From contig OZ252149.1 in assembly GCA_965248755.1 (NCBI GenBank), positions 3,456,001 to 3,520,000 of the forward strand: 64,000 bases of DNA, given 5' to 3'. This DNA comes from Candidatus Latescibacterota bacterium. Lineage in GTDB: Bacteria > Latescibacterota > CBDEFO01. The position numbers and the translations under genes were made by a program. The notes under the pieces are model-generated. The model ran no database searches and had not been told where the DNA came from. It saw only the letters and a list, made by a program, of their open reading frames with translations. Numbering within the stretch: the first letter of the stretch is position 1; each line of letters opens with the position of its first letter. Positions 31,819 through 42,318 of the stretch are shown here, piece after piece.

Positions 31819-32454
31819 TCACTGCGTGGACGTACCCACTGTCAGTATTCCCCTTGCCATTTCCTGCTCCTCTCTTTCCGCCTCTTCTGTCTTCAATTTC
31901 ACTGGCGAGCGGGTAAGTGCTTTGGGGAAGGAGAGCTTGACTAACTCAAAGTGGCTCTGGCTGCAGGGGAAGGCGACCTGATCAGTGGTACCTTCTATCT
32001 GCTCCATCTGCAGAAGAAAGACAAAGTTGCGCACGATTCCATTTATCCTTTTTGACATCTTCTCGGACTTGTCGTGGGCTGTTACGGTGAAGACCCATCC
32101 GTCTGCTCCCTCATCGGCACGGACAGTGATAATCTCCCCTGACTTGCGGTCTTCCAGCATCATCATCTCGCCTTCTGTCTGGACAGATGACTCTCTGTGT
32201 CGGATGACCTGTGAAAAGATCATCTTTGCTGCCTTCTGGTGCCTGTGACCGCAGGAAAATGATATCTTATCGTTATCATCTCTTGACATGTCACCTGCTT
32301 TGATCATTTCCTCTGTGATCTTTTGTATCCTTTCGGCCGATTCCTTTCTGTAGGTGTGTACGGTAAAGATGCTGTCTGGGCTTACGTAGAGGCTTATCGT
32401 GGCGTTGCCGAACGTCTCGTCCTCTTTGGAATCTATGCGATCTCCTCTATCCAT
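31819..32454 (-). CDS. Hypothetical protein
   Basis: 211-aa ORF, RBS AAAGGA, two similar (F)xCxxxH segments. Confidence 0.7.
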   Translation of the reverse strand: MDRGDRIDSKEDETFGNATISLYVSPDSIFTVHTYRKESAERIQKITEEMIKAGDMSRDDNDKISFSCGHRHQKAAKMIFSQVIRHRESSVQTEGEMMMLEDRKSGEIITVRADEGADGWVFTVTAHDKSEKMSKRINGIVRNFVFLLQMEQIEGTTDQVAFPCSQSHFELVKLSFPKALTRSPVKLKTEEAEREEQEMARGILTVGTSTQ

Positions 32455-32582
32455 GGATCTATCCTTTCTGAAACGTAAACAGCAATAGGTGAACGTGTTT
32501 AGTCTACTGTCTGTGAGATTGCTTTCGGATTTTGTCCCTCGCAGTAACTGAACAGAAGAGCATCAAATAGACTGTCATAGTG

Positions 32583-32620
32583 ATCCCCGACCCCCAATAG
32601 ATTCAATTGGGGGTCGGGGA
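32583..32620. repeat. REP-like palindrome; relatives near 27480, 35595, 58202, 58384 and 62119-62176
   Basis: TCCCCGACCCCCAAT/ATTGGGGGTCGGGGA arms with an ATTGAATCTAT core recurring in intergenic regions. Confidence 0.7.
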
Positions 32621-32689
32621 CAGCGAAGCAATCGTAATGGAGGGGAGAGGTGCCCTGTCTGCATACTACTGTCTACTGTCACATTCTAC

Positions 32690-34438
32690 TTATCTTCCCA
32701 TTGCGTATGCCATTTGATGGCGCGGCGACGCTGCTCCTGATATGACCCCGCTGTCGTTATCCAGCTTAACTGCCATCACGAGGCCGTTTTCCCAATGGTC
32801 TGATACCTTCACAATATGCCCCATATCTGAAAGCGCGGAGCAGATATCCTCTCCTATCCGTCCCTCAACTGTCATGTGCCCCGGATGAGCATCGTGAGGA
32901 TAGAAGGAGCTGGGGAAGTGATCGCTGTGAAAGTTAGGGGCGTCTATCGCCTCCTGAAGGTTCATACCGAAATCTACGAAATTGAGGAAAAACTGGAGTG
33001 TCCACTGATCCTGTTTATCCCCTCCCGGTGTTCCGAAGACCATGAAGGGTTTCTTGTCCTTTAAGACTAAAGATGGCGTCAGGGTAGTGCGCGGTCTTTT
33101 GCGCGGGACAAGCGCGTTGGCATGTTTTGAATCCAGATAGAACATCTGTGCTCTCGTTCCGAGGGGAAATCCTAAGCCCTGCACCACAGGCGACGAGGGT
33201 ATCCAGCCGCCGCTTGGAGTAGCGGCCATCATATTTCCCTCTTTGTCGATCACATCCAGATGCGTCGTATCGTTTATATGAACAGACGTGCTTAGATCGG
33301 ACTCAACGGAGGCAATCGGAACAGTCGGTGGAGCATCGCCAGGGCGAAGTTCGACGGAGGCCTTCCTGGGGTCGATTAAGTTTCTGCGTTCTTCAGCATA
33401 GTCTTTGGACAGGAGCATGTCCAGGGGCACAGATACGAAGTCCGGGTCGCCGTAGTATTTCTCCCTATCTGCAAAGGCGAGTTTGGAGGCTTCGATAACG
33501 GTGTGTATATGCTGGGGAGAGCTGTGTCCCGTATGCGCCAAGTCGTATCCTTCCAGAAGATTCAACTGCTGAAGGAAGACGGGCCCTTGACTCCATGTGT
33601 TGCACTTATAGACCTGATAGCCGCGGTAATTGGTGGAGACGGGTTCTTCGACCTTTGTGCGATAGCTGCAAAAGTCATCCATCGTCAAAAGACCTGTATG
33701 CGGTTCTCCGCTGACGTCTTTAACTGGGGTCTTACCTGAAAACTCCACTATTTTTTCGGCTATCTCTCCCTTATAGTAGAAATCTATAGCTTCCTGTATG
33801 GCCTTGGCGCGACCTGCAGCCGACGCTTTTGTCTCTGCATCCACCACCTTCTTGAACGTATTTGCCCAGTCGGTATTCTTGATCTTCTCGCCCACCTCAG
33901 GTATCCTTCCGTTTGGAAGATATATCTTTGCAGTTGTGGGCCATTCCTCGATGAACCTTGGCGCCATCCACTCCATTTCCTCCCTGAACTTGGGAAACAT
34001 GGTGAAGCCCTCCTGGCTCATCTCTATCGCCGGCTCCAGAACGTCTTTGAGCCTCATTGTCCCGAATCGCATCAAAGCTGTTGCCCACGACCCGAAGGCA
34101 GCGGGCACTGTGGCGGGCAAAAAACCGTCTGGGGGTATTATATCTATCTTGTTGGCCTTAAACCACTCTATGGTTGCGGATTTCGGGGCACATCCCTGTC
34201 CGTTGATAGCAAATGGTCTTCCTTCCGAAGCCGAATATAAAAGTATAGGGACCTCCCCGCCTATACCGTTTGATCTGGGTTCAACAACACTTTCGACAAA
34301 CCCTGCGGCCACTCCAGCGTCTATCGCGTTACCACCACTTTCTAATATCCTGAATCCCGCCGCGGCCGCCAGGTAGTGGCCGGCGGTTACCACCCCGTTT
34401 GTTCCCATGATTACCGGACGTGTAGTAAAAATTGCCAT
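32690..34438 (-). CDS. Gamma-glutamyltransferase family protein
   Basis: GGNAIDA, FADREKYYGDP, DTTHLDVID (Thr nucleophile), RPRTTLTPS, GTPGGDKQDQ. Confidence 0.93.
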   Translation of the reverse strand: MAIFTTRPVIMGTNGVVTAGHYLAAAAGFRILESGGNAIDAGVAAGFVESVVEPRSNGIGGEVPILLYSASEGRPFAINGQGCAPKSATIEWFKANKIDIIPPDGFLPATVPAAFGSWATALMRFGTMRLKDVLEPAIEMSQEGFTMFPKFREEMEWMAPRFIEEWPTTAKIYLPNGRIPEVGEKIKNTDWANTFKKVVDAETKASAAGRAKAIQEAIDFYYKGEIAEKIVEFSGKTPVKDVSGEPHTGLLTMDDFCSYRTKVEEPVSTNYRGYQVYKCNTWSQGPVFLQQLNLLEGYDLAHTGHSSPQHIHTVIEASKLAFADREKYYGDPDFVSVPLDMLLSKDYAEERRNLIDPRKASVELRPGDAPPTVPIASVESDLSTSVHINDTTHLDVIDKEGNMMAATPSGGWIPSSPVVQGLGFPLGTRAQMFYLDSKHANALVPRKRPRTTLTPSLVLKDKKPFMVFGTPGGDKQDQWTLQFFLNFVDFGMNLQEAIDAPNFHSDHFPSSFYPHDAHPGHMTVEGRIGEDICSALSDMGHIVKVSDHWENGLVMAVKLDNDSGVISGAASPRHQMAYAMGR

Positions 34439-34644
34439 AGTGTCCTCTCGATCGTAGGGTTATTCAGTTCTTATCAAACGTAATTGCCCAGATATCTCAG
34501 GTTGTCTTAACACGTCGCTTCGCTCCTAACTCGACAGCTACCTCCAAGAAAACTGAATATCCCTGCCGATACACCCCTTCGGAAATGCCCTATATTCCTT
34601 AATACGCCCTATCATTCCTGATGCCGGATTCTGCGTGATGTGTG

Positions 34645-35268
34645 CTACAGTGACGGCGACCAAGAAGGCTCAAAGTCAAACACCGGGCTGTTGGTGAGCC
34701 GTGTCTGGTTTGACCCATCGGCGTTCATCACATAGATTTCGTCGTTGCCATCGCGGGATGACGTAAAGGCGATCCTTGTTCCATCCGGCGACCAAGAAGG
34801 GAAAAAACCGTGATTCGCTGGGTTGTCAGTCAGCCTTATTGGGTTTGTGCCATCAGCGTTCATCACATAGATTTTCAAGTTGCCAACGTGTTCTGAAGCA
34901 AAGGCGATCTTTGTTCCGTCAGGCGACCAAATAGGAACCCAGTCATCCTCCGTGTTGTTGGTCAGATTGACAGGATTTGACCCGTCGGAGTTCATCACGT
35001 AGATCTCCCGCTTCCCATCGCGCGCTGACATAAAAATAATCTTCGACCCGTCGGGAGACCAAGAAGGCTTCCAGTCATCCGCCGGGTTGTTGGTCAGACG
35101 TGTCTGGTTGGAACCGTCAGCGTTCATAACATAGATTTCCAAGTTTCCATCGCGCTCTGACACAAAAGCGACTTTTGTCCCTGAGACACCGGGTTGCGTT
35201 GGGTCTGTGCCACTGTCCCCACCACAGCTTGAAATCAACAGGAGAAACGTGCAGCTCAACAGAGTCAT
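34645..35268 (-). CDS. TolB-like PD40 beta-propeller lipoprotein (start uncertain)
   Basis: Lipobox LISSC; repeated [21 protein letters not shown]; promoter TTGACT-17-TATCAT at 35419-35391 argues against the 35400 start. Confidence 0.85.
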   Translation of the reverse strand: MTLLSCTFLLLISSCGGDSGTDPTQPGVSGTKVAFVSERDGNLEIYVMNADGSNQTRLTNNPADDWKPSWSPDGSKIIFMSARDGKREIYVMNSDGSNPVNLTNNTEDDWVPIWSPDGTKIAFASEHVGNLKIYVMNADGTNPIRLTDNPANHGFFPSWSPDGTRIAFTSSRDGNDEIYVMNADGSNQTRLTNSPVFDFEPSWSPSL

Positions 35269-35667
35269 AAAACGAAAGGTCAATCGTATTTTGATAGTGA
35301 TATCCCTCCCTTTTGATCCGGAGTTTCCGAAAACTGAATAGCCCCACCCGATCGCTCCCTTCCATTTTTTGACCCATTTTTTGACAATGTATGATAACAT
35401 TCCGAACGTCCTAAGTCAAGATAAAAAAGAGTACAGGATACACATAAGAACCTTTCCCTTTGCGTTCCGCGTTATAATGTTGACAGGTGCGAATGGATCC
35501 GTTTCACGTATCCTCCGGGGGAACAACTCCTGACGGGTCGGGTTTGGCACCTCGCAATGGCCTTGTAGGTTTTTTGCCTCCGTTCATTGCGAGCCCCCGA
35601 TTGAATCTATCGGGAGAGCCCAGATCGCAGCGAAGCAATCTCGTATGTGGGGCTTTGGCTTTTCTGC

Positions 35668-35696
35668 TTGACAAATATGTGACTATATGTTATTTT
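35668..35696 (+). promoter_or_regulatory. Sigma70-type promoter
   Basis: TTGACA-17-TATTTT with TG extension. Confidence 0.5.
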
Positions 35697-35786
35697 ACGA
35701 GTCGTCCTAATTCTGTGGATCTTTCGCCCATGCAACCGTTGCAATTTCTGTCTACAGTAAGAGGATAGAGAGGAATACCGAGCAGA

Positions 35787-36767
35787 ATGAAAATATTGGT
35801 AACTGGAGGAGCCGGATTTATCGGTTCGCACGTTGCGGACAGCTACATCGAAGCTGGGCATGAGGTGGTTGTAGTTGACGATCTTTCCACGGGAAAAAAG
35901 GAGAACCTCAACCCGAAAGTTAGATTCTACGACATAGATATTTCCGACGACAAATTAGGAGTAATTCTATCTGAGGAGAGGCCCGATTGCGTAAATCACC
36001 ACGCGGCTCGGGCGAGTGTCTCTGATTCTGTTAAAGATCCGATTTCAGATGCAAAGGTGAACATTATAGGCTTTATAAATCTCCTTGAAGCATCCGTACG
36101 AGCTGGAGTAAAGGAGATCATCTTCGCCTCTTCAGGAGGATGTGTCTACGGAGAGGCTGCTGAAATTCCTATAAAGGAGGACTCTCCGTTTTTAGCTCCT
36201 GCCTCTCCTTATGCGGCATCCAAGATAGCTGGAGAATTCTATCTTGGATACTATAACAAGCACTATGGACTCGGCTACACGATCTTAAGATACTCGAACG
36301 TCTACGGTCCGCGTCAGGACCCTTATGGAGAGGCCTCTGTGGTGGCTATCTTTTGTATGGCTATGACAAGCGGGGAATCGCCTGCCGTAAATGGGGCAAA
36401 ATACACAGGGGATGAGGGCTGTATAAGGGACTTTGTATATGTAAAGGATGTAGCCAAAGCCAATCTGCTGGTTCTGGGGAACGGCGGCAAAGGCGCATTT
36501 AATATAGGAATAGATAATGGGATAACCATACAGGATCTCTGGTTCAAGATAGCAGATATTACCGACTTTGAGGGCAAGATAAACTACGGTCCTCCAAGAC
36601 AGGGAGATCTTCTTAAGAATGTGGTTTCGTATAATAGGGCGAAGTCCCTTCTGGGCTGGCAACCTTCTGTGACCGTAGAGGAAGGCTTGAAGGAGACGGT
36701 GGAATATTTCAGATCACTCAAGGGTTCCTCTGGCTATGGGGATTCAAAGCTATCCTGTGTTGGATAA
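35787..36767 (+). CDS. NAD-dependent nucleotide-sugar epimerase (GalE-like)
   Basis: TGGAGFIGS, YAASK, YSNVYGPRQ, IRDFVYVKDVA. Confidence 0.92.
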   Translation: MKILVTGGAGFIGSHVADSYIEAGHEVVVVDDLSTGKKENLNPKVRFYDIDISDDKLGVILSEERPDCVNHHAARASVSDSVKDPISDAKVNIIGFINLLEASVRAGVKEIIFASSGGCVYGEAAEIPIKEDSPFLAPASPYAASKIAGEFYLGYYNKHYGLGYTILRYSNVYGPRQDPYGEASVVAIFCMAMTSGESPAVNGAKYTGDEGCIRDFVYVKDVAKANLLVLGNGGKGAFNIGIDNGITIQDLWFKIADITDFEGKINYGPPRQGDLLKNVVSYNRAKSLLGWQPSVTVEEGLKETVEYFRSLKGSSGYGDSKLSCVG

Positions 36768-36800
36768 CTCGACATCTCGGTTAAAATGTTTTAACTCCCC

Positions 36801-37547
36801 GTGAATAAGCAACTTGTGTTGGAGGATATTCATCTATCGGTAGTAGTCCCTGCCTTCAATGAGGAAAAGAGGATCGGTTCGACTCTACCTGCTATCTTTG
36901 AGTATCTGGACAAAACCGCTTACAGATATGAGTTGATCGTTGTCGATGACGGGAGCAAAGACAGGACTAAAGATGTAGTCCGGTCACTGATTGACGGGGT
37001 GGAAGGCGCCAGGCTCATAAGCTATTTTCCCAACAGGGGCAAAGGATATGCTGTCAGGTGCGGCATATTGGGATCAAAAGGCAAGAATATCCTCTTTACC
37101 GATGCAGATCTGTCTACTCCGATCCAAGAGGTGGAAAAGTTCTTCCCGCTTCTGGATAAAGGTTACGATATTGTCATAGCTTCAAAGCGCCTTGTCGACT
37201 CGAAGGTAGAGGTCTTCCAGCCCTTCTACAGGCGAGAATCCGCAAAGATCTTCAACTTTATCCGGTATGCGATCCTCGGGGTAGATTACGCAGATACTCA
37301 GTGTGGTTTCAAGCTCTTCAAGGGTCGAGTCGCAAGAGACCTGTTCGGACGCCTGACAATAGAGCGCTACATGTTCGATTCGGAGACGCTATATTTAGCT
37401 GAAAAACTCGGATACAGGGTAAAGGAGATGCCTGTGCGGTGGAGAGATGTCCCGGGGAGTACGCTTAACATAACTAGAGAGGGCACTCATATGCTCCGAG
37501 ACCTTGTGAGGATAAGGATAAATCACCGCAAGTTACAGCAGAACTGA
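36801..37547 (+). CDS. GT2 polyprenyl-phosphate glycosyltransferase (dolichyl-phosphate glucosyltransferase-like)
   Basis: VPAFNEE, VDDGSKD, NRGKGYAV, FTDADLSTP, DTQCGFKLF. Confidence 0.92.
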   Translation: MNKQLVLEDIHLSVVVPAFNEEKRIGSTLPAIFEYLDKTAYRYELIVVDDGSKDRTKDVVRSLIDGVEGARLISYFPNRGKGYAVRCGILGSKGKNILFTDADLSTPIQEVEKFFPLLDKGYDIVIASKRLVDSKVEVFQPFYRRESAKIFNFIRYAILGVDYADTQCGFKLFKGRVARDLFGRLTIERYMFDSETLYLAEKLGYRVKEMPVRWRDVPGSTLNITREGTHMLRDLVRIRINHRKLQQN

Positions 37548-37895
37548 AATTCCGCTACAAAAGAAGTCAGGAGAAGAATTTGGGTGATCATATTAACATT
37601 GGTCCGATAGGCTTGAAACATGGGGCGCCCAATTTAGGCAGGATAAAGACACGATCTGCATGGTAAGCCATGTATTCAAATACAAATCCGCTGTCGTTTT
37701 GGATTTCCAATAGGGACCCGAGGAGAAATCTCTTGCTTAAAAGTCTCCGTTCTCTTATATTTAGTTAAGAATATGTTTTTTGTTTAAGTAACATAAGCGA
37801 CAACTTTAATCATAGCGTCAAAGATCCGATATAATGTAGACAGGTTTGTTATCGTGTCTTTTGCTTAGAGCATGTGCGTCTTTTGAGAACAATTA

Positions 37896-38370
37896 GAGGA
37901 ATTCACCGGACCGAAAAGTCGAGATTACGGGTCATCATATCAATGTTGAGGAACTGGGGAGTACTTTCTTCCCAACACAGGATAAGACCCTTCAAGTAGG
38001 CTAATTGAAGTCTGTATAGGAATCGCCAGTCATTTGAGCGCCCGTAGGTTGCACAGATGACGCGGCAGGAAGGATATGTAGGAAACTCCTTGTCCCTTTT
38101 TCTTGCGTCCCTTTGTAGGTTCCCGGATATACAGAACATTCCGACTGAGGTACCCCGAAGTTTCGGGGAACCCCAAAGGCGGTGTGGGCACTTCGCGCGT
38201 CGGTGCCAACCTTTTTTCAGGGGGGCGCTAAGTGATAGCGGATTTGTCGACAGCCCACGGAGCGGCGCAGTGGGCGAAGAACTTTCGTAGGACAAAGGGT
38301 GTGAGATTGTCATTTACCCTCCTAATTTGAATCTCCCCTTTAAAGGCTCGATATCTTCCCGGTTTTCCTC
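37896..38370 (+). ncRNA. Candidate large structured RNA or rne/rng leader
   Basis: Nested complementary segments and many hairpins in a 1-kb gap with no convincing ORF. Confidence 0.4.
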
Positions 38371-38486
38371 TTTGCACAAGACAGCCCTTCGCAAAAGATA
38401 ATTGCTGCAGCTTATCAGATTATGAAATCGGTTTGTACATATGCCAGGACTTCAAAGGTGTATGGGAATAACCGCAAGGAGCTTAT

Positions 38487-38528
38487 CGATAAAGGGCTGT
38501 GTGACAGGCGCAGCCCTTTATCGTTTTT
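38487..38528 (+). terminator. Intrinsic terminator-like hairpin just upstream of rne/rng
   Basis: 13-bp perfect stem CGATAAAGGGCTG/CAGCCCTTTATCG followed by TTTTT. Confidence 0.7.
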
Positions 38529-38547
38529 ACTTTGGGAGAGATAAGAA

Positions 38548-40083
38548 TTGCGTACAGAGATGATTATCAACGTGGCTATTCACGAAACCAGAATAGCTAT
38601 TATAGAAGATGGGCGACTCGTTGAGATATTAGTGGAGCGCCCCGAAAATGAGAGGATGGTAGGAGACATTTACAAAGGCATAGTGAAAGCTGTCCTTCCT
38701 GGGATGCAAGCTTCCTTTGTAGATATAGGTACCGAGAAAAGCGCCTTCTTGCACGTTTCCGACGTAGCTGAGTCGTATGAAGAGTACGACTTCGACAACG
38801 GGGATAACAACAAAAAAGACGATTCTCGTTCAAAAAGACAGAAATTTGTTCCGATCCAAGAGATGCTCCAAACGGGTCAGGAGATTCTGGTCCAGATCAC
38901 CAAGGAACCTATAGGCACCAAAGGACCCAGGATAACATCTGAGATTTCCCTGCCGGGAAGGTTCACAGTCCTCGTCCCCGGGGGGGACCACATCGGCATA
39001 TCCCGAAAAATCGTCAACTGGAGCGAAAAGAGGAAGCTCAAAGAGATCATCGGGAGGCTCCAACCCGAAGGGTGCGGCTTAATTATAAGGACAGTCGGAA
39101 AGGGAAAGGGCGAAGGGGAGTTCAAATCAGATATAAGGACCCTCTTTAAGATCTGGACCAAAATCGAAAAGAGGGCACACAGGACAAAAGCCCCAGCCAT
39201 TATACACAAGGAAATGGGAATGACCTCCAGCATCATCAGGGATCTCTTCACAGATGATGTGGACCGTGTAGTAACCGACTCTAAGAGAGAATACAAACAG
39301 ATCTTATCCTACCTTAAGTCCGTTGCCCCGCATCTCAGGAGCAGAGTCGAACTTTACGCCGACAGAAAACCCATCTTCGACGCTTTCCAGATCGAGGATG
39401 AAATAGAAAAGGCCTCCAACCGCAAAGTCTGGCTCAAGGGCGGCGGTTTCATAGTGATAGACCACACAGAGGCCCTTGTAACTGTGGACGTAAACTCCGG
39501 AAGATATGTAGGCAGGACCAACCAGGTGGAGACCATCATGAAGACCAACCTGGAAGCTGCAATGGAGATAGCACGTCAACTTAGGCTAAGAGACATAGGA
39601 GGCATCATAGTTATAGACTTCATAGACGTGGCATCTTTCAAGGACCGGAAGAGAGTCCAGGATGAGATTAGTGCAGCCCTGAGAAAAGATCGCTCCAAGA
39701 CCGATGTATCGACTATGAGCGAGTTTGGGATCGTCCAGATGACCAGACAGCGAGTAAGACCCAGCCTCCTTCATACCTTCAGCGAGCCGTGTCCACTGTG
39801 TAACGGACTCGGGAGAGTCCAGGGCAGAGATACGACTGTTACAAAGATCGAAAGATGGCTTAAACGCTCAAGGGTAACTATGAAGGAGTGCAAACTACAG
39901 CTTAGAGTCCATCCAACCGTCGGAGAATACCTGACAGAAAACAAAAAGGGAAGATTGAAACTTTTGGAAAAAGTCGCAAAAGTGAGGTTAGAACTCCAAG
40001 AAGACCCTGAGCTTCCCATAGAAGAATATAGGGTCTTTTCCCTCAGACAAGGAAACGATATAACCCATGAATTCAAAGCATAA
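38548..40083 (+). CDS. Rne/Rng family ribonuclease (RNase G-sized)
   Basis: VLPGMQASFVDIG, QITKEPIGTKGPRIT, DVNSG, IARQLRLRDIGGIIVIDFID, CPLC. Confidence 0.96.
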   Translation: MRTEMIINVAIHETRIAIIEDGRLVEILVERPENERMVGDIYKGIVKAVLPGMQASFVDIGTEKSAFLHVSDVAESYEEYDFDNGDNNKKDDSRSKRQKFVPIQEMLQTGQEILVQITKEPIGTKGPRITSEISLPGRFTVLVPGGDHIGISRKIVNWSEKRKLKEIIGRLQPEGCGLIIRTVGKGKGEGEFKSDIRTLFKIWTKIEKRAHRTKAPAIIHKEMGMTSSIIRDLFTDDVDRVVTDSKREYKQILSYLKSVAPHLRSRVELYADRKPIFDAFQIEDEIEKASNRKVWLKGGGFIVIDHTEALVTVDVNSGRYVGRTNQVETIMKTNLEAAMEIARQLRLRDIGGIIVIDFIDVASFKDRKRVQDEISAALRKDRSKTDVSTMSEFGIVQMTRQRVRPSLLHTFSEPCPLCNGLGRVQGRDTTVTKIERWLKRSRVTMKECKLQLRVHPTVGEYLTENKKGRLKLLEKVAKVRLELQEDPELPIEEYRVFSLRQGNDITHEFKA

Positions 40084-40109
40084 AGCTGCTCGTAGAGCAT
40101 CGAAATGCC

Positions 40110-40138
40110 TTGACAGAGCCAGTATAATTGCGTATCTT
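40110..40138 (+). promoter_or_regulatory. Sigma70-type promoter of rplU-rpmA
   Basis: TTGACA-17-TATCTT. Confidence 0.6.
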
Positions 40139-40191
40139 TTTAATACCATAGGGTTCTTGTTATATAACGATTAAAGGCTGGAGGCTAATGT

Positions 40192-40548
40192 ATGTATGCA
40201 GTTGTGGAGGTAGCGGGAAATCAGATCAAAGTAGAAAAGGGAGAAAAGTTCAAAACCCCCAAGCTTGGAATCGATGAGGGAGAATCCTTCGAGATAAAGG
40301 ATGTTCTTCTTTTATGTACTGACGATGAAGTTAAAATTGGAGAACCCCTCCTGGATGGGGTTAAGGTCAAAGCTACCGTCCTTGCCCACGCTAAAGCCGA
40401 CAAAATAATCGTCTTCAAGATGAAAAGAAGAAAAGGCTACAGGAGAAAAAACGGACACAGACAGGAATTCACAGAGATCGTAATTGATGACATTGAATTA
40501 GCAGACAGCAAGCAGACAAAGGCAAAGGCTGAGCCGCAAGTGACTTAG
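40192..40548 (+). CDS. rplU: 50S ribosomal protein L21
   Basis: MYAVVEVAGNQ, KRRKGYRRKNGHRQ. Confidence 0.97.
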   Translation: MYAVVEVAGNQIKVEKGEKFKTPKLGIDEGESFEIKDVLLLCTDDEVKIGEPLLDGVKVKATVLAHAKADKIIVFKMKRRKGYRRKNGHRQEFTEIVIDDIELADSKQTKAKAEPQVT

Positions 40549-40590
40549 CCTCGGCCTTGGCCTGTCTACTTGTTTAGGAGGATAGACTAA

Positions 40591-40842
40591 ATGGCTCATA
40601 AGAAGGGCGTAGGAAGTTCCAAAAATGGCAGGGACAGCAAAGGTCAAAGATTAGGGGTCAAGAGATATGACGGACAGACTGTTACGTCCGGAACTATCCT
40701 GGTAAGACAGAAGGGGACCAAGTGCCATCCCGGAAATAACGTAGGCCTGGGTAGAGACTACACACTCTTTGCCTTGATAGATGGGAAGGTTAGCTACGAG
40801 CGAATGGGAAAAAGCAAGAAGAAAGTAAGCGTTTACGCTTGA
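40591..40842 (+). CDS. rpmA: 50S ribosomal protein L27
   Basis: [16 protein letters not shown]. Confidence 0.98.
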   Translation: MAHKKGVGSSKNGRDSKGQRLGVKRYDGQTVTSGTILVRQKGTKCHPGNNVGLGRDYTLFALIDGKVSYERMGKSKKKVSVYA

Positions 40843-40861
40843 AGACCGGGAGGAATCTACA

Positions 40862-41785
40862 GTGAAGATCAGTGTTATAGGCGCAGGACAGGTGGGTGCC
40901 TCTACAGCCCAGTGGATAGCCCAAAAAGAGCTTTCAGATGAAGTGATCCTGTTCGACGTGATCGAAGGTATGCCGATAGGAAAGGCATTGGACCTGGCTC
41001 AGTCATCCCCTGTCGAGGGATTCGATGTAAAGATAGTCGGCACGAACAGTTACGACGATATCAAAGGGTCGGACATGGTTGTAATCACGGCCGGCTTACC
41101 GAGAAAACCCGGCATGAGCAGAGATGACCTTCTGACTATGAACGCGGATATTGTTGAGTCGGTGAGCCAGGAAATAGCCAAGAACGCTCCCGATTCTATA
41201 GTTATCGTGGTGAGCAATCCCCTGGACGTGATGACTTATGTTGCCCTCAAAGTCACAGGATTCGAGCCGAGAAAGGTTATGGGACAGTCGGGCATTCTGG
41301 ACACTGCGCGCTTTAGTTTGTTTATAGCCGAAGAGTTGGACGTCTCTGTGAAGGATGTGACCGCCTGTGTGTTGGGGGGGCACGGAGATTCTATGGTTCC
41401 TCTGCCGAGGTACTCAACTGTCGCAGGAATACCCCTCCCCGAGTTGATGTCTCAACCTACGATAGACAGGCTGGTCCAGAGGACGAGAGATGGCGGTGCC
41501 GAGATAGTAAACTATCTCAAGACAGGAAGCGCATACTACGCCCCGTCTTCGGCCATAGTTCAGATGGTCGAATCTATTGTAAAGAATAAGAAGCGCATAT
41601 TGCCCTGCGCCGCCTGGCTGACGGGAGAATATGGACTGAATGATGTCTATGTAGGCGTTCCTGTGAAGTTGGACAAAAATGGCGTCGAAGAGATTATTGA
41701 AATTGAGCTGACTCAAGAGGAGAAGGAAGCGCTCCACAAGTCGGCTGAAGCAGTGAAGACTAACATGGACAAGCTGGACTTATAA
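40862..41785 (+). CDS. mdh: Malate dehydrogenase (LDH-like)
   Basis: [34 protein letters not shown]. Confidence 0.95.
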   Translation: MKISVIGAGQVGASTAQWIAQKELSDEVILFDVIEGMPIGKALDLAQSSPVEGFDVKIVGTNSYDDIKGSDMVVITAGLPRKPGMSRDDLLTMNADIVESVSQEIAKNAPDSIVIVVSNPLDVMTYVALKVTGFEPRKVMGQSGILDTARFSLFIAEELDVSVKDVTACVLGGHGDSMVPLPRYSTVAGIPLPELMSQPTIDRLVQRTRDGGAEIVNYLKTGSAYYAPSSAIVQMVESIVKNKKRILPCAAWLTGEYGLNDVYVGVPVKLDKNGVEEIIEIELTQEEKEALHKSAEAVKTNMDKLDL

Positions 41786-41843
41786 GTAAGTAGACAGTAG
41801 TAGGGCAGGAGCAGGGATGCCCTGTTTGCTGTCTAGCTGTTTG

Positions 41844-41882
41844 AGTGCCTCACATTGTGCTGGACTATGTGAGGCACTTTTT
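41844..41882 (+). terminator. Intrinsic terminator after mdh
   Basis: AGTGCCTCACAT/ATGTGAGGCACT stem followed by a T-run. Confidence 0.75.
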
Positions 41883-41952
41883 GTCTTTTGAAATTGATTC
41901 CAGAGTCGGCGACCCGCACGGAGTCAGCGCCTGATTTGAAAGGAGGAGGGAT

Positions 41953-42300
41953 ATGTACAGGGGAGGGGAAGGAATGTGGTCGTGGATACTTCATCGCATA
42001 TCGGGGCTTGGGATTCTACTCTTTCTGCTGATCCATATTTGAGATACGATGCCAATAGCATGGGGGCCTGAGGTCTACAACAGGTTCGTTGCCCTTTATA
42101 CGAAGCCGGTGTTCCGTGTGGGCGAAGTTTTGCTTGCGGGAGCCGTGCTCTACCATGCCTTAAACGGCACCCACATTATAATCATAGACTTCTGGACAGA
42201 ATCTACCAAGTTTCAAAGACAGATGTTCTACGCGGTTGCAGGGATCTTTGTCATCATCTTTGTTCCTGCGGCTATCGTTATGCTTATGCCGATCCTGTAA
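41953..42300 (+). pseudogene. sdhC: Succinate dehydrogenase cytochrome b556 subunit with internal TGA
   Basis: MYRGGEGMWSWILHRISG..LIHI*DT..YHALNG..IDFW; TGA at 42040-42042; RBS GGAGG. Confidence 0.85.
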
Positions 42301-42318
42301 GATAAGGAGACGTCCGAG

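Noticed and set aside
31456..31916. Short ORFs between the FNR gene and the hypothetical gene
   Set aside because: No RBS or recognisable motif; may be debris but cannot be supported
37896..38370. RNase P RNA or tmRNA
   Set aside because: GAGGAA and GGGGGCG segments are only partial matches; I found no RNase P 3' P4 strand and no tRNA-like T-arm/CCA end
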